Counted from the stretch's first letter, positions 18,506 through 28,241 are shown. The stretch: DNA of 64,000 nucleotides from Nitrososphaerota archaeon (GCA_033581555.1 JAVQSZ010000004.1:1-64000), one strand, 5' to 3'. Program-made: numbers and translations. Notes: generated by a model from the letters alone, not told the origin.

Positions 18506-19861
18506 TCAAGCCCTTACAGACCTGACCGCTTCCTCGATCACCGACCTCGCCAGCTGGAGGTAGGACCTCAGGGCCTCCTCGCTCCTCGCCTCCGCGACGT
18601 ACTTGATCTGCGGCATAGTGTTCGAGGGCCTGATCAGGACCCAGCCATCGGGGAGGTAGGCCTTCACGCCGTCGATCGTCAGGACCTTCGCGTGCTCCTT
18701 CGTCATCCTCTGGGAGATCAGCTCCATCGCCCTCCACTTCACCTCATCAGTCCCCACGTCGACCGTGTAGATCGTCGAGGCGTAGACCTTCGGGAGGCCG
18801 TCGACGAACTCGGAGAGCCTCGCACCGGACCTCGAGAGGGCCTCGGCGACCTTCGCGACCGCGAAGATCCCGTCGTCGAACCCGTAGAGCTCGGAGAAGT
18901 AGACGTGGTTGCTCTTCTCGGCGCCGATCACCGCGCCCACCTCCCTAACCTTCCTGAGCATGAAGGCCCTCCCGACCCTGCAGAGGACCGGCTCACACCC
19001 CTTCCTCTTGACCACCTCCTCGATCACGGAGCTGGAGCTGACGTCGTAGACCACCTTCCCCGTCACCTCCATGTTCTGGACTAGGAAGGCCAGCGTGAAG
19101 TCGCCCTCGAGGAGCCTGCCCCTGTCGTCGACGAAGACCGCCCTGTCCGCGTCGCCGTCGAGCCCTGCTCCGGCCTCAGCTCCGTGCTCGACTACCGCCT
19201 CGATCAGTCCCCTCATCGTCTCGGGAGTCGGCTCTGGCAAGTGGGCGGGGAAGGTCCCGTCGGGCTGGTCGTTCAGAGGGACCAGGTCGATCCCCACCCC
19301 CTCGAAGAGCCTCCGGCCGACGACGCAGCCAGCTCCGTTCGAGAAGTCGACGACCATCCTCACCCTCCTCCTGAGCCTCACCAGCGGCCTCACCTTCTCT
19401 AGATAGACGGACTCGGCGTCGAAGCGCCTCAACGCCGGCTCCCTCAGCGGCGGGCTGGCCTCACCTATCGAGAGCGCGGTCTCCTTCAGCCTCTCCATCC
19501 CGTGGCCCTCGGAGACGGTCTCCCCGTTGCCGAGGACGAACTTGAAGCCGTTCCACTCGGGCGGGTTGTGGGAAGCGGTGACCTGTATCCCAGCGTCGAA
19601 CCTCCCCTCCACCACACCTAGGTACAGGACGGGGGTCGGGACCATCCCGGCGTCGCTCACCTCGGACCCTTCTTCCTCGAGGCCCAGCGCCACCGCCCTG
19701 AGGAGCGAGGGTCCGCTGAGCCTCACGTCCCTCCCGACCAACACCCTCTTCGCCCCCGTCATCCTCGAGAAGGCCCTCCCGAGGGCGTAGGCGACCCCCT
19801 CGTTGACCTGCCGCGGGTAGACTCCCCTCGCGTCGTAGGCCCTGAAGATCGCCGGGTCCAC
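18506..19861 (-). CDS. Phosphomannomutase/phosphoglucomutase
   Basis: IFRAYDARG, TASHNP, DGDADR, AEKSNH, IRPSNT. Confidence 0.93.
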   Translation of the reverse strand: MDPAIFRAYDARGVYPRQVNEGVAYALGRAFSRMTGAKRVLVGRDVRLSGPSLLRAVALGLEEEGSEVSDAGMVPTPVLYLGVVEGRFDAGIQVTASHNPPEWNGFKFVLGNGETVSEGHGMERLKETALSIGEASPPLREPALRRFDAESVYLEKVRPLVRLRRRVRMVVDFSNGAGCVVGRRLFEGVGIDLVPLNDQPDGTFPAHLPEPTPETMRGLIEAVVEHGAEAGAGLDGDADRAVFVDDRGRLLEGDFTLAFLVQNMEVTGKVVYDVSSSSVIEEVVKRKGCEPVLCRVGRAFMLRKVREVGAVIGAEKSNHVYFSELYGFDDGIFAVAKVAEALSRSGARLSEFVDGLPKVYASTIYTVDVGTDEVKWRAMELISQRMTKEHAKVLTIDGVKAYLPDGWVLIRPSNTMPQIKYVAEARSEEALRSYLQLARSVIEEAVRSVRA

Positions 19862-19892
19862 GGAACTCTCACCCAGAGCCGGTATATATCAG

Positions 19893-20540
19893 CTAAATCC
19901 CTTCGATCTTGACCCAGGCCCTGTGGCTGCCGTAGGCCCTGTTGATGTCGATCAGGAGCTGCGTGAGCCTCTCGGTGACCCTCGAGTTGAGGAGCGGGCC
20001 GCCGTAGACCGGCCTTATCCCCCTGACGCCCCTGAGCATCCCCATCAGCTCCTCTGCGGGCTGGCGTTCGCCGCAGACGATCACGTCCAGCTCCACGTTC
20101 AGGTCCTCGACCGCAGCTGCGGGGACGCAGTTGAACGCTGAGACCACCGGAGTTCTCCTCAGCAGCTGCTGGAGCGCCTCCGCCGCGGAGCCGGCCGTCG
20201 GCTCCAAGTACCTGGGCGAGCCCCCTAGGTCCGACTCGAGGGGGACCACCGCGGAGACCGCGACTGAGGTCTCGGAGATCTTGTCCCTAACCAGTTTCGC
20301 CGTCTCGTAGAGGCCGTTGTATGGGACCGCGAAGAAGACGAACTTAGCGCCCTGGACCGCGTCCGGGTTGGAAGTGCCATGGACCCTCGAGCCCGGGACC
20401 GATGAGGCGACCTCTGAGGCCGCAGACTCGGCCCTCTCCCTCGCCCTGGAGCCTATCACGACCTCGAGCCCTGAGGCCGCGAGCCTGACCGCGAGGCTCC
20501 TGCCCAGGCCCGCGGTTCCCCCGAGGATCGCGACCCTCAC
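19893..20540 (-). CDS. npdG: NADPH-dependent F420 reductase
   Basis: ILGGTAGLG Rossmann motif, IGSR, FAVPY, SAAE, VVSAF, GGPLLNSRVTE. Confidence 0.85.
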   Translation of the reverse strand: MRVAILGGTAGLGRSLAVRLAASGLEVVIGSRARERAESAASEVASSVPGSRVHGTSNPDAVQGAKFVFFAVPYNGLYETAKLVRDKISETSVAVSAVVPLESDLGGSPRYLEPTAGSAAEALQQLLRRTPVVSAFNCVPAAAVEDLNVELDVIVCGERQPAEELMGMLRGVRGIRPVYGGPLLNSRVTERLTQLLIDINRAYGSHRAWVKIEGI

Positions 20541-20947
20541 TTCCTCCCACCGAAGATCAGGTGAGCCGCCAGCATCGCGAAGACCGCGAGGACCGAGCTC
20601 GCTGCGGCCATGTGGAGCGCGACCAGCTCCGGCCTGAGCGCGGAGAGGACCATCGCTCCCCCGATCGCGATCTGCACGATGAGCAGGATCAGTCCGGTCA
20701 GGGCCATCTTCTTAGCGAGGCCCCCCATCCTTAAGGCTGGCACTAGGACCGCGACCACGGCCGCGAGCACGACCAGCGCGAAGAGCCTGTGGGTGAACTC
20801 GAGGACCACCAATTCGTCCGTCACCAGCGGACAGAGCGGCCAGTCAGGACACGCTAGACCTGCGCCCCTCGCCGAGACGTAGCTGCCGATGCTGTTCATC
20901 ACGACGATCGAGGCGACCGGCGCCAACGACCTCGCGATGCCAACCAA
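20537..20947 (-). CDS. ctaA: Heme A synthase, half-size single-domain CtaA type
   Basis: GLACPDWPLC, EFTHR, QIAIGG, ALH; only 4 TMs (136 aa). Confidence 0.85.
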   Translation of the reverse strand: MVGIARSLAPVASIVVMNSIGSYVSARGAGLACPDWPLCPLVTDELVVLEFTHRLFALVVLAAVVAVLVPALRMGGLAKKMALTGLILLIVQIAIGGAMVLSALRPELVALHMAAASSVLAVFAMLAAHLIFGGRK

Positions 20948-21061
20948 CTCGGAGTCCGGTCCGCCGGTCTCCTCAAAACTCTATCACAACGCTCCGCGTC
21001 GTAGGATCGGCCCCTCCGGGCCGGGAGAGGCTAAATAGAGAGCCGCGGGGTCGATCCTTTG

Positions 21062-21165
21062 GGGCCCGTAGCTCAGCCTGGCGGAGCGGCCGGCTCATAA
21101 CCGGTTGGGGACGTGGTCACCCCGTTCCCAGGGAGAGGTCGTGGGTTCGAATCCCACCGGGCCCA
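21062..21165 (+). tRNA. tRNA with CAT anticodon (probably Ile2) carrying a 30-nt insertion/intron at about position 43/44 (21106-21135)
   Basis: Acceptor GGGCCCG/CGGGCCC+A, D arm GCTC/GAGC, anticodon arm GCCGG-CTCATAA-CCGGT, T arm GTGGG-TTCGAAT-CCCAC; no encoded CCA; TAAATA ~25 bp upstream. Confidence 0.92.
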
Positions 21166-21228
21166 AGGTCAACGGTCCCGCGTGAGGGTGGGCTCGAGGC
21201 TAAATCGTCGAAAGGGGGTGCGTGGTCG

Positions 21229-21840
21229 ATGAGGCTGATCGACGTAGCGGTCCAATCCTTGACCGGGAAGCTGAAGGAGATGTACCCACTCGCGGAGAAA
21301 GCGTACACTCTCGCGGTGGAGGCGTTCAGGACCCAGAGGGACCTCACGTCGGAGGCCTATAGGCTCGCGGAGATGCTGAGGCTCCACCATCAAGACGTCT
21401 CCTACCTGATGACGGAGATCATCGCGAGGTTCCAGCCCGTCGCATCAGACCTGAGGTATATCAGGGCCTGTGGCGAGGTCTCCTACGGCTTCTACAGGTA
21501 CGGCAGGTACGCGTACGACATAACGTCGGTCATAGGGGTCTTCGGGAGCGTCCCGGGCTGCGACTGGAGCCCGATAGACCAGGCCGGGAACAAGGTGAGG
21601 GAGATGATGAGGCTCGGTATGGAGGCCTTCGAGAAGAGGGACGTCGCGCTTGCCAAGAGGGTGATCGAGATGGACGACGAGGTCGACGAGATCTACAGGT
21701 CCTACCTGAGGCAGGTGATCAACTCTCAGGGCGACAGGAAGTGCGATATAGCGAGGCTCCTGATCCTCCGGTACCTCGAGAGGATCGGTGACCACGCTAC
21801 CGCGATCGCCGAGTCGGTTCTCTACGTGGTCGAGGGTTAG
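21229..21840 (+). CDS. phoU: PhoU-family phosphate uptake regulator
   Basis: ARFQPVASDLR, DDEVDEIY, RYLERIGDHA. Confidence 0.88.
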   Translation: MRLIDVAVQSLTGKLKEMYPLAEKAYTLAVEAFRTQRDLTSEAYRLAEMLRLHHQDVSYLMTEIIARFQPVASDLRYIRACGEVSYGFYRYGRYAYDITSVIGVFGSVPGCDWSPIDQAGNKVREMMRLGMEAFEKRDVALAKRVIEMDDEVDEIYRSYLRQVINSQGDRKCDIARLLILRYLERIGDHATAIAESVLYVVEG

Positions 21841-21892
21841 ACCGAGCCGAGTCTAGCACAACCTTTTTTTCCATGGGCCGGCGAGCAGGGGT

Positions 21893-22633
21893 ATGCCTAG
21901 GCTCTCGGCGGTCCTTGCGGTAGGCCTGGTATTACTCGGAATTGTCATCGGTGCGGCCGTCGCCGGATCGGGCCGTCAGACCGTGACGCTCACGGAGACT
22001 AGGCTCGTCCCGACCACTTCGCTCGTCACGGAGACGAGGCTTGTCACGACCACTTCGCTCGTCACGAGGACCTCTATCGTCGAGAGTTTCAGCACCGTCA
22101 CTACGACCGTTCGGGCCACAGAGACCGTCACAGTCGCCACTACGAGGTCGATTACCGTCACGAGGTCGATCACCGTCCTCGTCGAGTCGGAGGTCTCGGT
22201 GAGGACGGTTTGCTTCTCGAGGACGATGAACTGCGCCTCCGTCATAATCGACCTCATTGACAGGGCGAACAGGAGCGTGCTGGTCGCGATCTACTCCTTC
22301 ACGAGGGACGACATCGCCGACGCGCTGGTCAGGGCAGTGAACAGGGGCTTAGAGGTGAGGGTCGTGATTGAGAGGGATAGGGCGTACGAAACGGGCTCCG
22401 AGTACCTAAGGCTGAAGAACAACGGGGTCGACGTGAGGCTCGACGGTAACTCGGGACTCATGCATCACAAGTTCATCGTCATCGACGGGATTCTGCTCAT
22501 CACGGGGAGCTACAATTTCTCCGGTGCCGCGGAGGACAGAAACGACGAGAACGTCATTGTGATCCTCAGCGAGCGTGTGGCAGCTCGGTACAGGAGCGAG
22601 TTCGAGCGGATTTGGTCCCAGGCCTCGCCCTAA
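21893..22633 (+). CDS. Exported or membrane-anchored phospholipase D-family (Nuc-like) protein with Thr-rich linker
   Basis: N-terminal hydrophobic signal, T/S/V-rich stalk, single MHHKFIVID..TGSYN..NDEN HKD motif. Confidence 0.85.
   Translation: MPRLSAVLAVGLVLLGIVIGAAVAGSGRQTVTLTETRLVPTTSLVTETRLVTTTSLVTRTSIVESFSTVTTTVRATETVTVATTRSITVTRSITVLVESEVSVRTVCFSRTMNCASVIIDLIDRANRSVLVAIYSFTRDDIADALVRAVNRGLEVRVVIERDRAYETGSEYLRLKNNGVDVRLDGNSGLMHHKFIVIDGILLITGSYNFSGAAEDRNDENVIVILSERVAARYRSEFERIWSQASP
21991..22176 (+). repeat. Intragenic tandem repeats: 2 x 36 bp (21991-22062) and 2 x 18 bp (22141-22176)
   Basis: cacggagactaggctcgtcccgaccacttcgctcgt / cacggagacgaggcttgtcacgaccacttcgctcgt; tacgaggtcgattaccgt / cacgaggtcgatcaccgt. 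Confidence 0.85.
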
Positions 22634-23037
22634 CGAGAGGCACCTCCGCGCCTCGCGGCCTTCTGAGCGAGCCTGTTGGCGATCTGGTTCTCCTCCCTCC
22701 CCACGTGTCGGACCTCGAAGGTCTCGAACTCCTTCAGCAAGGCCAAGGCCTTGGCGTGGAGCGCCTTTAGCGACGGGCTCCTGACCCTGTACTCGCCCTT
22801 GAGCTGCCTCGCGAGCAGCTCGCTGTCCGTGAAGACCTCGACCCTCCTGCACCCCATCTCCAGGCACCTCCTCAGGCCCCTGATCAGCGCCTCGTACTCC
22901 GCTGCGTTGTTCGTCGCCCTCCCAATGTGTCCGCTCCCGGTCGTCAACCTTCCCATCGCCTCGATGACGTACCCGTACCCCGCAGGACCCGGGTTGCCCA
23001 GCGAGGACCCGTCGATGAATAGCTTACATACCGACAA
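22630..23037 (-). CDS. rnhA: Ribonuclease HI
   Basis: FIDGSSLGNPG, TNNAAEYEAL, TDSELL, HVGREENQIANRLA; TTG start at 23037. Confidence 0.9.
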   Translation of the reverse strand: MSVCKLFIDGSSLGNPGPAGYGYVIEAMGRLTTGSGHIGRATNNAAEYEALIRGLRRCLEMGCRRVEVFTDSELLARQLKGEYRVRSPSLKALHAKALALLKEFETFEVRHVGREENQIANRLAQKAARRGGASR

Positions 23038-23059
23038 GTCCAGCCAGAGGTGAGCGCGC

Positions 23060-24472
23060 ATGCTGTTATCTAACCGTCGCGGTCGGGCAAGGTCGAGGAC
23101 GGTGAGCGCGGCATCGGCGGCGTTGAGGACCTTGGGGGGCATCGACCCCCACCTCACGGCGATCGCCCTTACCGTCTTAGTCCTGGTCCTACACCTCTCG
23201 ATCATCGCGACGCCCTCTCCCGAGGACCTCGAGGCCTGCAGGGCCGATTCCTCCAAGTGCTCGTTCGTTTTCGATGAGGCCCATTACGTCCCCGCGGTCC
23301 GCAAGATGCTCGCAGGGGAGGCGGCCAACAACGAGCACCCGCCCCTGACGAAGTTCCTGATGATGCTGGGCGTGATGGCCCTCGGCGACAACCCCGTCGG
23401 GTGGAGGATCGCCTCGGTCCTGACCGGGACCGCGAGCGTCTACGTCCTCTTCAGGCTCGCGACGCTCCTCCTTGGCTCCCCCTGGCTCGGCCTGGCCGCT
23501 GCCGCGCTCTTCGCCTTCGACGTGACTTCCTTCAACCTAAGCGGGATCGGGGTCCTGGACCCGCCTGCGGTCCTCCTCCTGCTCGCCTCCGCGTACTTCG
23601 GTGTGAGGGGGAGGCTGCTGCTCGCGGGGGTCGTCTCGGGGCTCGCGCTGCTCACGAAGGCCTCCGCGGTCTTCGGAGTCCTCGCGGTCCTCACCTACTT
23701 AGTTGTCAGGGGCTCCTCAGGGAAGGGAGGGCCGCTCGACAGGCTCTCTAGGGGCGTCCTGTCGGCCTACGTCGTCCTCGGCATCTCGGCTGCGGTGACG
23801 ATCGCGGGGCTCGCGGCCTACGACTACTACTACAGGGCGTTTCCGCACCCCTTAGCGCACCTCGACTTCATCCTCTCCTACCACTCCTCCCTAACGTTCA
23901 ACTGCGAGGGCGGCAGGACGCTTTTCAGCTGCGTCCACCAGAACGACGACGGGTCCACGGTGGTCGTGGACCTGCCCTTGAGCTGGGCCCTTCCGGTGGT
24001 GACGTACGCGCCTATGGGCTTCTACGTTGTCACGGTCAGCGTCAACGGTTACTCGTACAGTCCAGTGGCCTATTACGGCATCGCCTCGCCGGTCTGGTGG
24101 ACCACTTGGGTCGTGCTGATCTACTCCGCGTACTTCGGTGTCAGGGCGGCGTGGAGGGCGATAGTCAGAGGCGAGGCGCCGAGTTTCCCCGACGACCACC
24201 TCTACGTCCTCGTGGCCGCGTGGCTCGCGTTCAACTACCTCGTATACTTCCCACTCGGGTACGCGATGCACCGGTGGGTCTACCCGTTCTACTTCTACCA
24301 GGTCGTCCCGATACTCGCGGTGGGGCTGGTCGGCCTGCTCTCAAAGGGGAGATTCGAGAGGAAGGTCCTCGCGGTCACGGTCGCTGCGACGCTCTTCTGG
24401 TTCTTCGTCTACTATCCGGTCAAGTCCGAGCTCCACGTCACGCTGCTGAAGTCCTTGGGGCTGCCCGCGTGA
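23060..24472 (+). CDS. GT39/PMT-like lipid-carrier-dependent glycosyltransferase
   Basis: VFDEAHY, NEHPPLTK, GWR, many TMs; true start may be GTG 23102. Confidence 0.82.
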   Translation: MLLSNRRGRARSRTVSAASAALRTLGGIDPHLTAIALTVLVLVLHLSIIATPSPEDLEACRADSSKCSFVFDEAHYVPAVRKMLAGEAANNEHPPLTKFLMMLGVMALGDNPVGWRIASVLTGTASVYVLFRLATLLLGSPWLGLAAAALFAFDVTSFNLSGIGVLDPPAVLLLLASAYFGVRGRLLLAGVVSGLALLTKASAVFGVLAVLTYLVVRGSSGKGGPLDRLSRGVLSAYVVLGISAAVTIAGLAAYDYYYRAFPHPLAHLDFILSYHSSLTFNCEGGRTLFSCVHQNDDGSTVVVDLPLSWALPVVTYAPMGFYVVTVSVNGYSYSPVAYYGIASPVWWTTWVVLIYSAYFGVRAAWRAIVRGEAPSFPDDHLYVLVAAWLAFNYLVYFPLGYAMHRWVYPFYFYQVVPILAVGLVGLLSKGRFERKVLAVTVAATLFWFFVYYPVKSELHVTLLKSLGLPA

Positions 24473-24511
24473 AGGAACGCTATATTGCAGAGCGGGGAGC
24501 TTGCTGCTGGG

Positions 24512-25168
24512 ATGAGGGTTCTCCAGCTCAGCGACGTCCACGGGAGCAAGAGGGCGGCCCTCGCGGCTAGGGACATCGCCAAGTCGCAGGGAGCGGAGCT
24601 GATCGTCCTCGCTGGGGACATCACGACCTTCGGGTCCGTCTCCGAGGTCAAGGGGATCCTGGAGGTACTCGCGTCCTCCGGCGCGCGGGTCCTCTACGTC
24701 CCGGGGAACTGCGACCCTCCGGAGCTGATGGACCTCGAACTAGAAATCGAGAACGTCATCGGACTCCACGCGAGGGCCGTCGAGGTCGGTGGGCTTAGGA
24801 TAGGTGGGGTTGGAGGCGGGCTCTTCGCGGACGGCGCCACCTGGATCGAGCTGACGGAGGAGGAGCTCGAGGAGGAGATGAGGCCGCTCGGGAGGGTCGA
24901 CGTCCTTGTCTCCCACACTCCACCCCACGGGACCGACGCGGATCTGCTCAGGGGCTCCCACGTCGGGAGCAGGGCGGTTAGGGATTACTGCGAGAGGCAC
25001 TCGCCGGTCCTGGTGTCCTGTGGTCACATCCACGAGGCCAAGAGCGTCTCGAGACTTGGAAGGACTTACGTGGTGAACGCAGGGCCGGCTAAGTCAGGGA
25101 ACGCCGCTCTGATCACCTTGGACGGTAAAAACATAGAAGTGGAGTTGACCTCGCTCTTCGGGAGGTGA
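24512..25168 (+). CDS. Metallophosphoesterase (Icc-like)
   Basis: SDVHG, AGD, PGNCD, SHTPP, CGHIHE. Confidence 0.9.
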   Translation: MRVLQLSDVHGSKRAALAARDIAKSQGAELIVLAGDITTFGSVSEVKGILEVLASSGARVLYVPGNCDPPELMDLELEIENVIGLHARAVEVGGLRIGGVGGGLFADGATWIELTEEELEEEMRPLGRVDVLVSHTPPHGTDADLLRGSHVGSRAVRDYCERHSPVLVSCGHIHEAKSVSRLGRTYVVNAGPAKSGNAALITLDGKNIEVELTSLFGR

Positions 25169-26509
25169 TCACCGGGGCTTGGCGGCGACCTGGCCCGTGT
25201 GCCTGTAGAAGTGGAGCATCAGCCCGAGCAGTATCATCGCCATGCCCATGTTGAACATCGATATGTTCGGGAGATTCTGCGCGTAGGTCATCAGGGCTAG
25301 GTACCCGAAGACGACCGTGAGCGCCATCGTGATCCCTACCGCAGCCAGCCCCGCGGCGGGCGAGAGGACCACCGGCCTAGCGGGCTCGGGCCTGCCCTTG
25401 GGCTTGACCAGATACCTGTATGTGATGAAGAAGCTGACCATGGTCATCACGCCGAAGGAGCCGTAGTAAATGACCGGTTCGATGTAGAGCTGGTCGAAGA
25501 CCGTCCTCTGGGAGAAGTCGACGTAGAAGCCCCATACGGTTGTGACGATGATCATCACGATGCTCGCGATGCCCATTGCGGTGAAGAAGGGCCTGTCGCG
25601 CCAGGAGAGCTTCTTAGACCTGTCCACGAAGGGGACTATCAGGAAGAAGATCACGAAGAGGAGCGGGAGGAACGCCCCTGCCCAGAACCTCTCGGAGCCG
25701 GTCCTGAGGAACGCGTAGATAGACGTGAGGTACCACTCGGGGACCTCGACGAGTCCCTTCGACGGGTCGAACCTAACCCCTATCTCCGCGGGGAACATGC
25801 CCGCGACCACGAAGATCGCGCCGATCACGCCGAGTATCATCGGGAGGTCTATTATCAGGGCCCTGGGGACGTGAACCGCGAGCAGCAGCATCATCAGGAG
25901 CGGGATGATGAAGACGTGGAGGGCGTAGAACCTCACGATCAGGTCGAAGTACCCGCCACCCATGAGGATCGGTGCGATCGAGGGCCCGAGAACCGGTGCG
26001 GAGAAGGTGAGGCCCATCCCGATGTTGATTGCCAGCATCGCCCTCTGGTTCAGTATCAGGTTGTACCCGGTGTAGGCCTCAAGGACGGTCAATATCCCTA
26101 GGATTATCCCGGTGACCCAGAGGACCTCGTTCTTGATCTTGTACCTCCCCGAGAAGTACTGGTAGTAGAGGTGGAAGACCGCGAGGAGTACCATGAAGTT
26201 GGAGGCGTGGTAGTGGATCTGCCTCATCACGAACCCGAAGGGGACGCTCTCCTGGATCTCCCTGACGCTAGCGAAGGCCAAGTCGACCGACGGCGTGTAG
26301 TAGAACATCAGTATAGCTCCGGAGACCCCGAGGACCAGAAAGACGATCGTCGTGAGGGTCCCGAGGTAACCGAATGGGCTGATGTACTGCTTGGGGAAGG
26401 TGAACTTGAACGCAGCAAAGGGCGTCCTCTCGAGCCTGTCGACGGTCCATTTGATCAGCGCGTCGACCGCCTCACGGAGGGTCTTGTACCGGGGCGAGCT
26501 CAAGCTCAC
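25169..26509 (-). CDS. petB: Cytochrome b of a Rieske/cytochrome b complex
   Basis: SGAILMFYY, RQIHYHAS, FHLY, RFYALHV, PEWY. Confidence 0.92.
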   Translation of the reverse strand: MSLSSPRYKTLREAVDALIKWTVDRLERTPFAAFKFTFPKQYISPFGYLGTLTTIVFLVLGVSGAILMFYYTPSVDLAFASVREIQESVPFGFVMRQIHYHASNFMVLLAVFHLYYQYFSGRYKIKNEVLWVTGIILGILTVLEAYTGYNLILNQRAMLAINIGMGLTFSAPVLGPSIAPILMGGGYFDLIVRFYALHVFIIPLLMMLLLAVHVPRALIIDLPMILGVIGAIFVVAGMFPAEIGVRFDPSKGLVEVPEWYLTSIYAFLRTGSERFWAGAFLPLLFVIFFLIVPFVDRSKKLSWRDRPFFTAMGIASIVMIIVTTVWGFYVDFSQRTVFDQLYIEPVIYYGSFGVMTMVSFFITYRYLVKPKGRPEPARPVVLSPAAGLAAVGITMALTVVFGYLALMTYAQNLPNISMFNMGMAMILLGLMLHFYRHTGQVAAKPR

Positions 26510-27060
26510 ACCCTCCTGACGTTCTCGTCCGGCCTCTTAACCCTCCACTCTCTACCGATTCCCACCCTTCCGTCGATCACGCCGGTCGCGTAGATGTCGC
26601 CCTTCTCGTCGACCTCGATCACCATCATCGGGAGCGCGTTGGTCGGGTAGGGCTGGAACGCAGCGGGGCCGGCCACCGCGACGCCGTCCTCATCCCTGTA
26701 GATGCTGCCGTGGCACGGGCACATCAACTCGCCCTGCTCCGGCACGTAGATCGGGAGGCACCAGAGGTGGACGCAGACCCTGCTGTAGGCCCTGAGCTTC
26801 CCGTCGCGGGTCATGACGAGCATCCACTGCCTGAACGGGTCGCCGTCGATCTTCGGGTCACCGGTCTTGGGGTAGGAGAAGAAGACCGCGGAGCCCGGTT
26901 TGAGCTCGTTGATGTTCGCGATCCTCTGCCTGGGGTTCGCGGTGATCTCCTCCCTGTAGAAGAACCTGACGAGGTTCGTGAAGGGCGCTATCACGGCCGC
27001 CACGGCGATCGTCAGCATCGCCCTGAGGGCCCTCCTGCGGGAAGCGCCGGAGTCGGGCAT
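26506..27060 (-). CDS. Rieske [2Fe-2S] protein with Tat signal
   Basis: SRRRAL twin-arginine signal, CVHLWC and CPCHGSIY. Confidence 0.93.
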   Translation of the reverse strand: MPDSGASRRRALRAMLTIAVAAVIAPFTNLVRFFYREEITANPRQRIANINELKPGSAVFFSYPKTGDPKIDGDPFRQWMLVMTRDGKLRAYSRVCVHLWCLPIYVPEQGELMCPCHGSIYRDEDGVAVAGPAAFQPYPTNALPMMVIEVDEKGDIYATGVIDGRVGIGREWRVKRPDENVRRV

Positions 27061-27127
27061 TCCGAATGTTGAGGTCTCTTCCGGTGACTAATTAAGATCA
27101 AGTGAGAATTAGAGCGGCGGGCGCGCC

Positions 27128-28168
27128 TCACCGGATGACCTCGATCTTCCCCCGGAGCCTCTCGTGGACCTCCCTGCTCCGTCCGTCCAGCTGTACCTCC
27201 CTCTCGACGACGGGGAGCTCCCTGTGGTGCCCGAAGACCTCGGTCGAGAGGTACCTGTCGCCGGAGTCGCAGATCACCGTCGCGATCCTCCGGAGGTCTG
27301 GCCTGGACCTCGCGAGCTTGATGGCGGCGGCGACGTTGGCCCCAGAGGATATCCCGCAGAAGATCCCCTCCTCCTTAACGAGCCTCGCGGCCATCCTGAT
27401 CGCCTCGTCCGAGCTGACCAGCACGACGCCTGAGATCAGGTCTGGGTCGAAGTTCTTCGGGACGAACCCGTCCCCGACGCCCTCGATCTTGTGCCTGCCC
27501 CACCTCCCCTCCGCGATCACCGCGCACTCGGAGGGCTCGACCGCGTAGACCCTGACCTTCCCGTCCCTCTCCTTCAGGTACCTCCCGACTCCTGAGATCA
27601 GGCCCCCTGACCCGTACGCAACGACGAAGGCGTCCAGCCTCTTGCCAGCCTGCTCCCAGACCTCCGGCCCTGTGGTCCTGTAGTGGGCGCGGGGGTTGTT
27701 CGGGTTATCGAACTGGTTCGGGAACCAATAGCGGCCGGGCTCCTCTGCGACCATCCTCCTCGCCAACTCGAGGGAGATATCGACGTCGCTCTCGCCTCCC
27801 GGCGTAAGGACGACCTCGCCGCCGTACGCCCTTATCAGCTCCCGCCTCTCGACGCTGACGCCCTCCGGCATCACGACCTTCACCCTGAAGCCCATCACGG
27901 TCCCCACGAAGCTGCAGGCGATCCCCGCGTTCCCAGTCGAGACCTCGACGATCTCCATTCCGTCGCGCAGCTCGCCGGACTCAACGGCCCTCGAGACCAT
28001 CTCCCTGTAGATCCTGTCCTTCAGCGACCCTGAGGGGTTCAGGTTCTCGAGCTTGACCAGGACGTCGACGTCGTCGCCGAGCCCCTCAGACCTCGGGATT
28101 CTCCTGAGCCTCACCAAGGGCGTGTTGCCTATCGCGTCCAAGATCGAGTCGAGGGACCTCGACGCCAC
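27128..28168 (-). CDS. PLP-dependent cysteine synthase family protein
   Basis: IGNTPLV, KLENLNPSGSLKDR, STGNAG, NQFDNP, GSGG, HKIEGVG, DSGDRYLS. Confidence 0.9.
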   Translation of the reverse strand: MASRSLDSILDAIGNTPLVRLRRIPRSEGLGDDVDVLVKLENLNPSGSLKDRIYREMVSRAVESGELRDGMEIVEVSTGNAGIACSFVGTVMGFRVKVVMPEGVSVERRELIRAYGGEVVLTPGGESDVDISLELARRMVAEEPGRYWFPNQFDNPNNPRAHYRTTGPEVWEQAGKRLDAFVVAYGSGGLISGVGRYLKERDGKVRVYAVEPSECAVIAEGRWGRHKIEGVGDGFVPKNFDPDLISGVVLVSSDEAIRMAARLVKEEGIFCGISSGANVAAAIKLARSRPDLRRIATVICDSGDRYLSTEVFGHHRELPVVEREVQLDGRSREVHERLRGKIEVIR

Positions 28169-28241
28169 GCGTCACGATCCTCAGCGCCGTATGTAAATGT
28201 GAACGCGGCCGGTTGGTAGCTCGGACCCCGAAGGAGACCGC

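Noticed and set aside
21166-23037. Possible integrated element downstream of the tRNA
   Set aside because: No integrase and no duplicated tRNA 3' end found; the following genes have host-like composition
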